From Cladosporium halotolerans (lineage: Eukaryota), in assembly GCF_011745625.1 (NCBI RefSeq), contig NW_027191495.1, positions 1-64,000 of the forward strand: 64,000 nucleotides of DNA, given 5' to 3'. The notes below the pieces were generated by a model, which saw nothing but the letters and a program-made list of their open reading frames with translations, was not told the DNA's origin and did no database searches. The position numbers were made by a program, and so were the translations under genes. Shown here one piece after another: positions 34,323 through 45,269 of this stretch (its first letter is position 1; each line of letters starts with the position of its first letter).

Positions 34323-36939
34323 ATGTCCACGCCGCCGCAGTCGGATCCCGGGGCCACGCTTCAATCTGGCAATCCAGGCGCCCCATTACCGCCCAAGCGC
34401 CATCGACCGCGCGCATCATTGGCATGTGATACCTGCAAGACGCGCAAGACGCGGTGCGATGGCAGACAGCCGGTAGCTCTATCTATATCGGAGCATGACT
34501 AAGAACACTAACGGCTGACACGCTACTTCAGATCTGCTACGCCTGCGAGTCTCGCGGCCTTTCTGCTTCTTGCACGTGGAACTTTCCTCGCCGTCGCCAG
34601 CTAAAACGCAACAAGGCAGCTCAGCCTCCGGTGGCGAAAGCACCGTCGCCGTCTCCTACTCTACCGAGCATCCCCGCGACTTTCGGTAGAGAGCTGCCGC
34701 AACCATGGTCGAACAATCTCCCCGGAGTCGACAGTGCTATGGCACATCGGCCTCCTGCAACATACGCCTCATCGCAAGCGTCGCAGTCGCATTCGTCGGG
34801 CTCCTTCAGCGGCAGTCGACCACCGCCTCCTACCTTCACACTTCAGCCCCCTGATGCGCAACCACATGCTAGCAATGATGCCATCTCAACCCTCGTCGGC
34901 GGTAATGACCAATCCCTCTACGGGCCGTCATCGACTGTTGCTTTCATGAAGAACATCTTCCCAACTCCGAGTCGTCGCGCATCGCAAAGCCCACGAGAAT
35001 ATGAGCACCACGTGCAAGGCGCAGGAACCAAATCTGAAAAGCCAGAACGCCTGCCCGACTGGGCTTCCGGAGCTGCGTTACTTCCACGAAGACGAAATGC
35101 CGATGACTTCCTAGCCTGCTACTGGGAGTTCATCCACCCTCTGTTCCCAGTGCTCCACAAGCCAAGTTTCTTCAAACGATACCAGATGCTTTGGGCTAGC
35201 GAGTCGGAGCCGCAAAAGCGCGACTTAGAAACCTTATCGTTGGAAGAGCTCATCTTTACCGCTACGCTCAATCTGGTTTTCGGGCTAGGTTGTAAGTTCA
35301 GCAACCTTGTAGCTCCTGCACAGAAGAACTCAATGGCCGACGACTTCTACCAGAAGTCACGGCACTTACTGTTGTTCGAAGTGCTGGATACTACTTCTCT
35401 GTCCTTGGTGCAGATGATGTGTTTGACGGGCGTATATCTGCAGTCAACGCAGCACGCCAATCGCTGTTGGAATTCCGTTGGCCTCGCTATCCGTGTTGCT
35501 CAGAGTCTCGGGTTGCATTTGAACGCGGATAGTCGCAAACAAATACCCCAGCTCGAGCGGGAGATGCGAAGGAGAGTTTGGCATGCATGCGTCAACCTCG
35601 ATAGGTGAGACCGTCCTAGCGAACCTCGAATAGGCAACGAGTGGGGACTAACAAGCGCAGGCTGCTTGCGATGACATTCGGCCGACCGACAATGCTGTCG
35701 CAGTCATGGGACGTGCCTGTCCCGGCGCTCATAGATGACGAGTATCTCAGCAATGCCATAGAGGGCAAACAGCCTGAGGGCAAGCCTTCTGTAATGGGGA
35801 TGTTCGTCTCCTCTTGCAGCTTGTTCGATCTGCTTGAGGAGATACTCAACTCTTTCTACAGTGGAGAGCCCTTTCCAGATCTTTCAAAACAGGAAAAAGC
35901 GTCGGAAATGGCCAAGGCGTTCATTGCGCCCGTCTTGCAATATAACCGCCGTCTGGACAAGTTCATCGACTCAGTACCGGATTATCTCAAACTTACGGAG
36001 TCCTCAGATGGCGTCAAGTTTAACAACAATAACAGCGTGACTCTACAACAGCAGGTACTATACTGCAGGTACGATTATATGACATGCAAAGCAGCCAGAT
36101 CAGATCGAACAGCTACTGAACAAGATATTCCAGGTTTCTCTACGTCAGATTACTCTCGCTTCGCCGACTTCTAATGGTAACAACTAAGCGTGGAAGACGG
36201 ACGTCGACTCACATGTTGTCCGGCACTGCTCAATCATCGCTCGATGAAGAGGTGATTCAGCGATGTTGCACTTTGTGTGCTGAGACCGCCTCCCGCCTGA
36301 TCGAGACGCTCCATGAAAATCTCAACACACTTTATCGTAGCTCCGGATGGCATTCGGTCTATTGTATGTTCTGGCAACCAACAACTTTATTTCAACAACA
36401 TTGAGACTGACCGGTTCACAGTTACGTTCTCCGCAGCAACCGTTCTGCTTGCCGCCTGTAAATGCCCAGATGTCGCAGTAAGCGTCGGCGATTCTGGCTT
36501 CGAGAAGGACTGGGCTCGTTGCCTCTTCATCCTGCACCACTACGAAGACCAGATCCAATCGGCTTCCCAAGCAATCCAAGTCCTGGAAGTGATGAAGCAG
36601 TCGGTGTCCGGCAACGGTTTCCCGAGCCAACGTACGTATCGCGTGAACCACGACGTCTTCATTCTTAGAACGATGCTAACACCATCCGCAGCATCTTCCT
36701 CTCAGCAGCAAAATCGATCACCGTTCTCGGCAAACTACGCCATGGCGCCGCCAAATACCCAGCAGCAGATCAATCCCGTCCCAGCATCAAACATGCCCAA
36801 TTTCAACACCATGCCAGTCGACTTGCAAGGCGTCAATCCATTCATGCCAGGTATGGACAGCATGTCAGATGCATGGTTCGGCCAGCAGCTATTGAACATG
36901 GACTGGCTGGATCCCAATATGCCTTTACAGCCTGTTTGA
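34323..36939 (+). CDS. Zn(II)2Cys6 transcription factor with fungal-specific TF domain
   Basis: ACDTCKTRKTRCDGRQP|ICYACESRGLSASCTW spans the first intron. Also HPLFPVLH, GLAIRVAQSLGLH, RRRVWHACVNLDR|LLAMTFGRP. About five introns. Confidence 0.92.
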
Positions 36940-37596
36940 GAGCGCAATTTTATACCATTAAGTTTAGCATCTTTGAGCGTAGCACCCATGCGTGGGCGAA
37001 GAAACAATGCCCTCTAGTATCTTACATCGTTTTGAACTATAATCCCTCACATTTTGCTGGTCATTCATAACCTCGTTAGGTTGACAGCGCTCGGCCGCAC
37101 AGCTCGTCAACAAAACAATGGCTTGCTTCAGCAACCACCGCTCGTATTTTGACACGGCGGAAGGCTTCATACAAAGTCAATGCGACACTAGAAACGCAAA
37201 TGCAAGCCATAAAGATGTAGGTTCAGACGATAGGCTGGCCCATTCAAGAGCCGACTTCCGATGATCCGGCAATGCTCGGAAGAGGGAGCAGCGAAATACT
37301 TCGAAGTCAGACAGCACGGCAATCCACTTCGGCTTCAAAGCCAACACCAGAAGATAGGGCATGAGAGCATGAGGGTCCAAACATTCGTCTTTTAGTCTTT
37401 GGAGTAAGCCATAAGGCACTATTAGGGCCCATCAGCCTACATGCCGCGTATCAGGGCTGAGCCAATTACATCATGGTTGTGGGAAAGCTGGCGGCTTCTA
37501 TACCGCGATGCTGCCCCTCCTACCATAAATCATCACCACCTCGGCAATAGGCGATACTTTGAAAGAGTTTACTTTGGTATCAATCATTGAACCTAC

Positions 37597-37604
37597 TATA
37601 TAAA
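37597..37604 (+). promoter_or_regulatory. TATA box of the salicylate hydroxylase-like gene
   Basis: TATATAAA about 95 bp upstream of the ATG at 37694. Confidence 0.65.
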
Positions 37605-37693
37605 CACTTTCGTTGTCACGTTGATCTTTACCAAATCTCCTCGACGGCATCCTTCCAAGCTACTCCCAAGCTACAACGCTCAGTACCTCTCCA

Positions 37694-39156
37694 ATGGCTC
37701 CGCAAAAGAATTTCGACCTAGCCATAATAGGCGGCGGCATCGCAGGCCTAACGCTCGCCATCGCCTTGCAACACCGCGGCATCAAAGTGTCCATTTACGA
37801 GCAGGCGCACAAGTTCGGCGAGATTGGCGCCGGCGTGTCGTTCAGCCCCAACGCCGTGCAGGCCATGAAACTGTGCCACGACGGGATCTACGAGTCGTTC
37901 GAGAAAGTGTGCACGCGCAACCAGTGGTCCTCAAAGCGGCAGGTCTGGTTTGACTATCTGGATGCGTACGGCGAGGAGGGCGAGCAGTTGGAGCGCGGCA
38001 AGCATGCGTTCACCATCACCAACAGTCTTGGGCAGAATGGCGTGCATCGAGCGACGTTTTTGGACGAGCTCGTCAAGTTGGTGCCTGATGGAACCGCGAA
38101 TTTTGGCAAGAGGCTGAAGAGCCTTGAGCAGAATGACGCGGGAAAGTGTGTCATGGAGTTCGAGGATGGCACGACTGCTCAAGCGGATGCGGTCATTGGT
38201 TGCGATGGCATCAAGTCGAAAACCAGGCAGCTGATGCACGGCCTTGATCACCCTTGCGCTCATCCGACCTATACTCACAAGTATGCCTACCGTGGTGTGG
38301 TTCCTATGAAGCAGGCGATTGAATCCATTGGCGAGGAGAGAGCGCAGAACTCGTGCATGCATGTGAGTGGTCATCCTGCGCATAGGATGCATGTCTGCTG
38401 ACAATCTCTAAGATGGGCCCCGACGGACACGTCCTGACATTTCCCGTCAATCATGGTCAGACTCTGAATATCGTTGCTTTCAGAACGACGGACAAACCGT
38501 AAGATTCCATGAACCAAGCACGCGTACGGCGGCAAATGGACTGACAATGATGCTCTATCCGCAGATGGGTGAATTCAGACAAGCTGACCGCCCCGGCACA
38601 TCGAGAAGATGCTCTGAAAGACTTCGCCGGCTACAGCAACGACGTGATGGGCCTGCTGAAATTAACGAACGAGAACCTGGATGTGGTGAGTATAGACTTA
38701 AGCATCACTGGACGGCAGACAGCTTACGATGTATGACAGTGGGCAATTTTCGACCTGAGAATTAACCCACCACCCTCGTACACAAAGGGTCGCGTTGCCA
38801 TTGTCGGAGATGCCGCGCACGCAACTTCGCCCCATCACGGCGCAGGCGCGGGGTTGTGCATCGAAGATGCCGCCGTAATGGCCGAGCTCCTGGCAGACGA
38901 AGCAGTAAAGAACAGTAATGATGTCGAAGCCGTGTTCTCTACTTTCAATGAGGTCCGGAAGGAGCGTGGCGAATTTCTGATGCAGAGCAGTCAGAGGATT
39001 GGCGACACATATGAGTGGCGCGCGGAAGGCATTGGAAGAGATTTCAAGAAGGTGGAACATGAGATCAATTGGCGAAATGCCGCCATTGGAGACGTGGACG
39101 TCCCTGACATGTGCAAGCAAGCCAGGTCAAAGCTGAAGCAGAAGCTGTTGGCATGA
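37694..39156 (+). CDS. Salicylate hydroxylase-like FAD-dependent monooxygenase
   Basis: Three introns. Motifs AIIGGGIAG, EIGAGV, VHRATFLD, VIGCDGIKS, GDAAHATSPHHGAGAGLCIEDA. Confidence 0.92.
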
Positions 39157-39306
39157 GGAAACATCATGCGGAACGTAGATGCCTTTGATGAACAGCTTCA
39201 AGCAAGCGTCAAGCAAACCGTCGCGGTCAGGCTTTGGGCTGAACACACAGGCTCAGATATGTGCAGCATCCGTAGCGATCGGACATTAGCTGTAAAATTC
39301 ATTGAT

Positions 39307-40506
39307 TCAGCCTTCTTGCTCCACCATTGCAATAGAGCCGAGTATGTCTTCCTTCCATGCGGCAAAATCGGTTCTTCGATCATCGCTCAGCCAGTCCACT
39401 GCAGGCTGAAACATTGTGCCCAAGCCTGGCAATAATCCTGCTGCCCCAAATTCGTCTTCATCGATTTTCCGTGATCCATGTTTTTCCTTCCGTCGGAGAG
39501 GTGTCTTCGCTGGTCGCCGTCTGGGTGTTGTTGGGACGTCGTCTCCATCCATGCCAATAGCAGTCTCCCCATTGTTGGAATTGGCGATCTGCAAATTGTT
39601 GCACCATTCCAACTCTCGCCATCCTGGTTCCGCAGCTTCTAGATAGGTTCGCATGTCTTGCGACAGTGTCTCTGCCTCGACCTTGACGGGTGGGGTTTTC
39701 AATTTCTGGAAATATGATTCCACAGCGGCTTGGATTTTTGCAAGCCAATCGTCCTCAGAGGAATTGCGATTCTGCGTTGTGGAAGCAGCAACTGCATATA
39801 TGACAGCCACCAGCGCTGGCACTTGACCAACTGTGGGCACCGGTACCGATATGGGCTCAGCTGTATATGGCTCCCCTGAATTTCCTCTCCGTCGCGTGCT
39901 CGGTGTCCCAGGCGCACTTGAATCTTCGCTTCCGCTCTGCAACAATCGGTGTACCGACTCCGTACCCGCATACACATGCGTTGCCAATCGAGGGGTATCC
40001 ATTGCTGCGCACACGTGTTTAATCAACGGCATCGTGAATCGCGGTAGGTTCGCAAGTCCTACGTCCTTTTCTGTTGTCGCTCTATTTCTCTTTCCTAGCG
40101 AGGTCGGAGTCGCCTTTGCAGCAGAGGCTCCCTCATTCGCAGCTGGTTTAGCACTTCTCCCTGATGTAGGTGTCGCTGCCACATTCTTGACTCTGTTCGT
40201 GCGTGGTGTGCTCGGCGGAGCAGGCAGCGCGGAATCCAGGAAGGCATACAGTCTCTTGTAGATCCTGGGACCACATGGAGGGCCGACCTTTCCGATTTCA
40301 AGCCCAAGGCGATTCTTCAAGCGCTCTGAGGCGATGTGGCTGCAAGCGAATGTTCGTGCGATCTCTTCGTCCGGTTTGAGAGAGGGTGCTTTGGCGCGGG
40401 ACTGTGCGAGCAAGGACGTTGCGAGGTCGATGAGCGGCTCTGGGATGGTGGATGCTGTGGGTATTATGAGGTGTAGCGTTCTCTGGATGGCAGCAGCTGT
40501 GGTCAT
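39307..40506 (-). CDS. ORC6: Origin recognition complex subunit 6
   Basis: N-terminal LATSLLAQSR..LKPDEEIAR..ACSHIA...PPCGPRIYKRLY and C-terminal GLGTMFQPAVDWLSDDRR are typical of filamentous-fungal Orc6. Confidence 0.87.
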   Translation of the reverse strand: MTTAAAIQRTLHLIIPTASTIPEPLIDLATSLLAQSRAKAPSLKPDEEIARTFACSHIASERLKNRLGLEIGKVGPPCGPRIYKRLYAFLDSALPAPPSTPRTNRVKNVAATPTSGRSAKPAANEGASAAKATPTSLGKRNRATTEKDVGLANLPRFTMPLIKHVCAAMDTPRLATHVYAGTESVHRLLQSGSEDSSAPGTPSTRRRGNSGEPYTAEPISVPVPTVGQVPALVAVIYAVAASTTQNRNSSEDDWLAKIQAAVESYFQKLKTPPVKVEAETLSQDMRTYLEAAEPGWRELEWCNNLQIANSNNGETAIGMDGDDVPTTPRRRPAKTPLRRKEKHGSRKIDEDEFGAAGLLPGLGTMFQPAVDWLSDDRRTDFAAWKEDILGSIAMVEQEG

Positions 40507-40948
40507 CGTATTCGTCTGTCCCCGTCGAGGGAGCAGCCTGATGTTTGTCGTTGGGTCGCTTCGTCAAGTTCGCATGTGAAGCTGGTCGACGCGGGTCAGC
40601 AACACCATTCGCGCGCGAAAGCACGTGCAGGGCTTGAACCAATTTGGCAACCTCATTTGCATTCACCTTTCAACGACATACTCGCACACGCTACAGCCTA
40701 ATTCCTTGTGAGCCAAAGTCTGTTCAAGACAATGATGGTGCTTCTAGTCATTTTCGCTTAAAACACGGATGCTCGAGGAGGGCACAATTTTCGCATCCAT
40801 CGTCAACCCCGATCTCTTCAGGAAGCCATTTCGAACGCATCACCGACAAATCGATAATAAACGGTATTAGTGGAACAAGAGTCTAGAGTTGAACAAGCCA
40901 TTATCGAAATCTTCCAAACGTCTCCGTCTGGCGGAACTTCAATTCAAC

Positions 40949-41806
40949 ATGGCGCCTAAGACTCCAACCCTCCAAAACCGGACTCCATCTCCCGAGGAAG
41001 TCGCCCAACTAACCCACCTCTCCTCCCTCCTGCACCTCCTCCACCACCGCAACAAGAATCAACACCGGCGTTCAATCTGGTATCGCCACTTCTCCCTCTT
41101 CCGACGCCACCTCGCGGCTCTCCTTGCAGACTACACGACCCTCACGACCGTCCCGGCCACCAACCTCGAGCGCACACGGCTCAAAGCTCTGACGCCAACC
41201 CTGCAAGCGCGGATCACGCAGCGGCTGGAGCTCTGGAAAAATGTACTCGTGGCGCGGTGGATGCGGGCGTTCTCGCAGGTCGTGGCGGACGGGAGGTTTT
41301 CGGTTCTCGGGCTGGTCATGCTGGGCGTGCTGGGTGGGGTTTGTAAAGTTGTTGGAGTAGCGGAGGGATTGGAAGCTGAAGGGCAGGAGGAGGTGGAGAG
41401 GGTGTTGGAGGAGTTTGGGCGTGAGGTGTGGGGGCCTGGAGGTGGGGATGAGGGAGAGGTTGTGGCGAGGGCTGATGATGACGGCGAGGTTGTTGCGAGA
41501 GTAGATGAAGGGGAGGCTGTTGCGCGGGACGATGAGCACGATGTTTCTATCGAATTGGGGGAGGATTTGCGTGCTAGGGAAACGCCTGAGGACCCTCTGT
41601 GGGAGCATCACGAACCTCAGCGTAAAGGTCACGACACGAGTGCATTGAAGACTTTCCGACAGCCTTCGTTGAGCCCGCCTCCGAAAGCCGCCAAGATCAA
41701 ATCTACAAGTACGAAGAAACCCTCCGCAGACACAAAAGCAAAGCCTGCGAAGAAAAAACGGAAGAAGGGCGGCGACGCTATAGACGACTTGTTCAGCGGC
41801 CTCTGA
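40949..41806 (+). CDS. RMP1: RNase MRP protein subunit Rmp1
   Basis: LHLLHHRNKNQHRRSIWY, AFSQVVADGRFSVLGLV, and C-terminal KKKRKKGGDAIDDLFSGL. Confidence 0.87.
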   Translation: MAPKTPTLQNRTPSPEEVAQLTHLSSLLHLLHHRNKNQHRRSIWYRHFSLFRRHLAALLADYTTLTTVPATNLERTRLKALTPTLQARITQRLELWKNVLVARWMRAFSQVVADGRFSVLGLVMLGVLGGVCKVVGVAEGLEAEGQEEVERVLEEFGREVWGPGGGDEGEVVARADDDGEVVARVDEGEAVARDDEHDVSIELGEDLRARETPEDPLWEHHEPQRKGHDTSALKTFRQPSLSPPPKAAKIKSTSTKKPSADTKAKPAKKKRKKGGDAIDDLFSGL

Positions 41807-41919
41807 TTATCATACGGAATATCTACTTCGCAACCAAAATCTCAAAGAGCCTTGACCAGTCGTGAGGCTCCACTCGGGGCAGAGCTCATTCGATAGCAGC
41901 GACATGCGCCAACGCTCGC

Positions 41920-44900
41920 TCAGTAGCTGCTAACCAGCCCGCGGCAAGCGACATAGAACTCCTTGACGATCTCCTTGGTCTTGGCGCCTCCTCTAAGCAC
42001 GACGCACTGCGACATGAAACGGCGCTTCTCCGCGTCGCCCACGCCCGGCACGACGGGAGGGAAGTGCTCGCTCCACAAGCTCGCTTCAACCCAACCCTTT
42101 GCCTGCGCGGGCAGAGCGGTGAAGAGTGCTCTCAACGGTTCCGAGAGATAATCGAGCTCGGAGCGCTGGCCCAGTCCGCCGATCTGGCGGATCAATGTTT
42201 GCGTCAAAGACGGGCCGTACGCGTTCGCGACCTCCAATGCCTTCGCGGCTATTTCAGGCGTCACTTTGACGGCAGTGTTCGTGGGTCCGGCGGCTCTGAG
42301 GAGTCTATTCCAGAAGTCGAGAGAGGAGCGTTTAGGTAATTGGTCGGAGCCTTCGATGGCCTGGAGGGTGAAATTGAGGACCAGATTGATCTGATCTGGG
42401 GTAGAGTCGAACAGTACAGCCGCGTATTTGGGGAAAAGCCGACTGAACACGTCGATGCTTGTTTGAGATACGCCAGGATCCTCCCTTGGCTGACCTAGGG
42501 CTTGTGCGAATGATGCCACCTGCTGGTAGATGGCTTGGACCTCTGCGTCAATCCTGACAGAGCCAACTTGAGAATGCTGGTGTATCAGTGTGCATGCCGT
42601 GGCGAGCACTGATTCAAGCTGTGGAGTAGTGACTGAGCATTGCTGGAGGAAGTTGACAGTGATGGACGGTGGTAGGACGAATGGTCCTGGGGTAGTCTCT
42701 GTGTAGCCGGCTTTGAGCACTTGACAAGCGGCGTCGATTGCTTCTCCATCATTACCCAAAATTTCCAAAATCGAAAAGCAGCCAGTGATACGGCTTTGCA
42801 CGGCGTTGCCCTCCTCGCTGCTCCAGAAGCGCGCTTTCTTTTCGTTATTGATATCGTCATCGTCATAAAGGTTGATCGGTACGTCGTCGGGCACTTGCAA
42901 GTTCTTTCCCACACTCGCAAGGCACTGCAAGGCAGTCACTCCTGTCAATTGCGCAAGCTCCACATCCCCACCGCTGGCAACGGTCTCTTTGGCGAAAGCC
43001 ACGTCTCGCTCGATGTTTTCAAGCAAGGCCATGAGTGGCCTCACCTTCGCGCTCTCGGGCGTCAGAGCCTGGATAATCGCGGCCACGCCTCCGATGACTT
43101 TCTCCTTCGTGTACGGGTCACTGGTCGGACCGCCCAAAAAGCGCTGATACTGAGCGAGGAAACCATCCAGCTCGCCTGTCAAGTTGTGACGGCATGTGGA
43201 ACAGAGAAGGGCGATAGACTTGGCGGAAATGTTTGCGAAGGCGGCTGTTTCAAGCGAGGCGAACAAGAAGCGTACAGCGTCCGGGAGTGCCTCAGGATGA
43301 CGTTCAATGTATTGACCGTAATTTCCAAGCATGTCGATTGCGGTCTTGCGTGTCTGTGTAGGAATCGTGTGTGTGAAATCGCCCATTGTGCGGAAAAGGG
43401 CTGAATTGAAGAGCGGTGCGAGGATATTGTCACTCATTTGGTCCTCAAGCACATTGTCCGCCACGGCGTTAAGGCAAAGCATTGCTGCCTCAAGGGCGCG
43501 CCATTGCTGCTCCTGTAGTGCCCCGAGTGCAAGCTGCACGAGTTGCTGGAGCATTTCGCCCGTGAGGAAGAGATAAACGGAGACGAGGAGATCTGTCGCA
43601 TCGGTCCTAAAACTACGGAAGCCGTCTTTTTCTGCGTCCCCCCACTGCTTTGTGACTTCTCCAGGTGGTGTCCACATCTTCTTCCATAGGAGTGTGGTGA
43701 CCTCGGATGTGACCGACTTCGCGCTCCCTAGCCAGTCAGGTGCATCGTCGTGGGAGTCCTGAGAGAACAGTTCATCATTCACATATTCGATGTAAGTGTT
43801 CCAGAACTCAATCGTGATCGTTGAGAGCTCGTCATCATCTCCAGGATATCCAGGGGCTTTTAAGATGGCCGCCAGGAGGGGTAATGTGACTTGGGCCCGC
43901 TGCCCATCAGGCTTCTCGACGATGTCTTCAATGACAGCAATGGCGTACGAGACGACAAGCTGCCCTGCAGGGTTGAACATCGCGCCTTGGTCTCGTAATG
44001 ACTCCTCAAGCTGCGGCCCGAAGTGTGTGCGGATGATCGACGCAATAGCGTCAAGATGGTGGCGTTGAAAGAAACTCGTGTACGATTCCAGCAAGTCAAT
44101 GAACACGTCAAGGGCATCGACGTCAGCATCGTCGAGAAGAAGACACTGTATCGCCGGCTCCAGCAAGTCTTGCAGGTACTGGAGAGTGTCGGGCTTGGTT
44201 GGCCAGATCGGTTGCGCGTAATTCGCCCAAGTAAGGAAGCATCGCAGCGCCTCGCCTCTGAGCTTGGTAGAGTTATCGCCATTAGACTGTAAGCCGAATC
44301 TCAACATCGGGCTGACATCGAGCACTTCACGCTCCATTTGAACATGCAGCCCAGCCTGAGACGGATACGAATATTCGATTTTACCGATTTCGTCCGCAAA
44401 AGTGCCGGAGAAGGTGTACAGGCTGACCAGCTGCGCAGTTGAAAGTGTGGATATGAGCTCGCTGCTGTGAAGGCTGACGTTTTCGACCGCCTCCGCAGGC
44501 AAAGCATCGCCGTGGCTGAACGAGCATATCAGGTGGAACAGCGGTCTTTGCCAACGAACTGGAGACCGTGTGAAGTAAGTGACGAGAGTCGAGCACAGCT
44601 TACGAATGACCATCGGAGACTCGCTTTGGTTGACGAGTCGCACTAGCCAATGTATCAGCCTTTGAAGAACGGCCTGCGCATTTTGCTCATCGAGCGACGC
44701 CCTGTGAAGTAAATACAAGTAAGCAAATCGTGCTCACGCACCATATTGAGACTCATCTCAGGGTCGGCAGAAGAACTGACCCATCATTGTTGAGTTTGAC
44801 CGTAAAAGTCAAGGCTCCAAAGAAACGAACGTTGACGTCTTCGTAACCGAGAAGAGCATCAGCCAGCTGCCAACCATCGCTGGATCGTTGAAGAGTCTGC

Positions 44901-45013
44901 AGCTGGTCTTGAATCGAGCTGATAACTTGGGGATTGCCGGGTTGATAGAGGCGCTTAACAAGTTGAGCAACTTCATCCACCGACTGTGGCGGCGGGAATA
45001 CGTTTGTATCCAT
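41920..45013 (-). CDS. Importin-beta family karyopherin, importin-13/Kap122-like
   Basis: First exon LQTLQRSSDGWQLADALL...VRFFGALTFTVKLN, intron at about 44780-44702, then a long HEAT-like helical exon (IRKLCSTL, EFWNTY, FRTDATDLL). Confidence 0.85.
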
Positions 45014-45269
45014 GATCACAGGCCACTGGAGGATTCGATGGTCATCGCCGTTGTTCGAGACTGGAGACCTGTGGTGGAGACGCTTTCGAAGTCGAGTCAG
45101 CGCGCGATGGCTTCCATGTGAACAATAATAATTCTCCCGCCGTGGTGAAGTTCGGTGACGCGGAACCCTTTCCGGGCTGTGCAACCACGCGCGTGCTTCG
45201 CATCGCATCGACGCGCCGTGAATTGAGAGGTCACTTATGACAACATAGTGCGTGTCTGAGGACTCAGAT

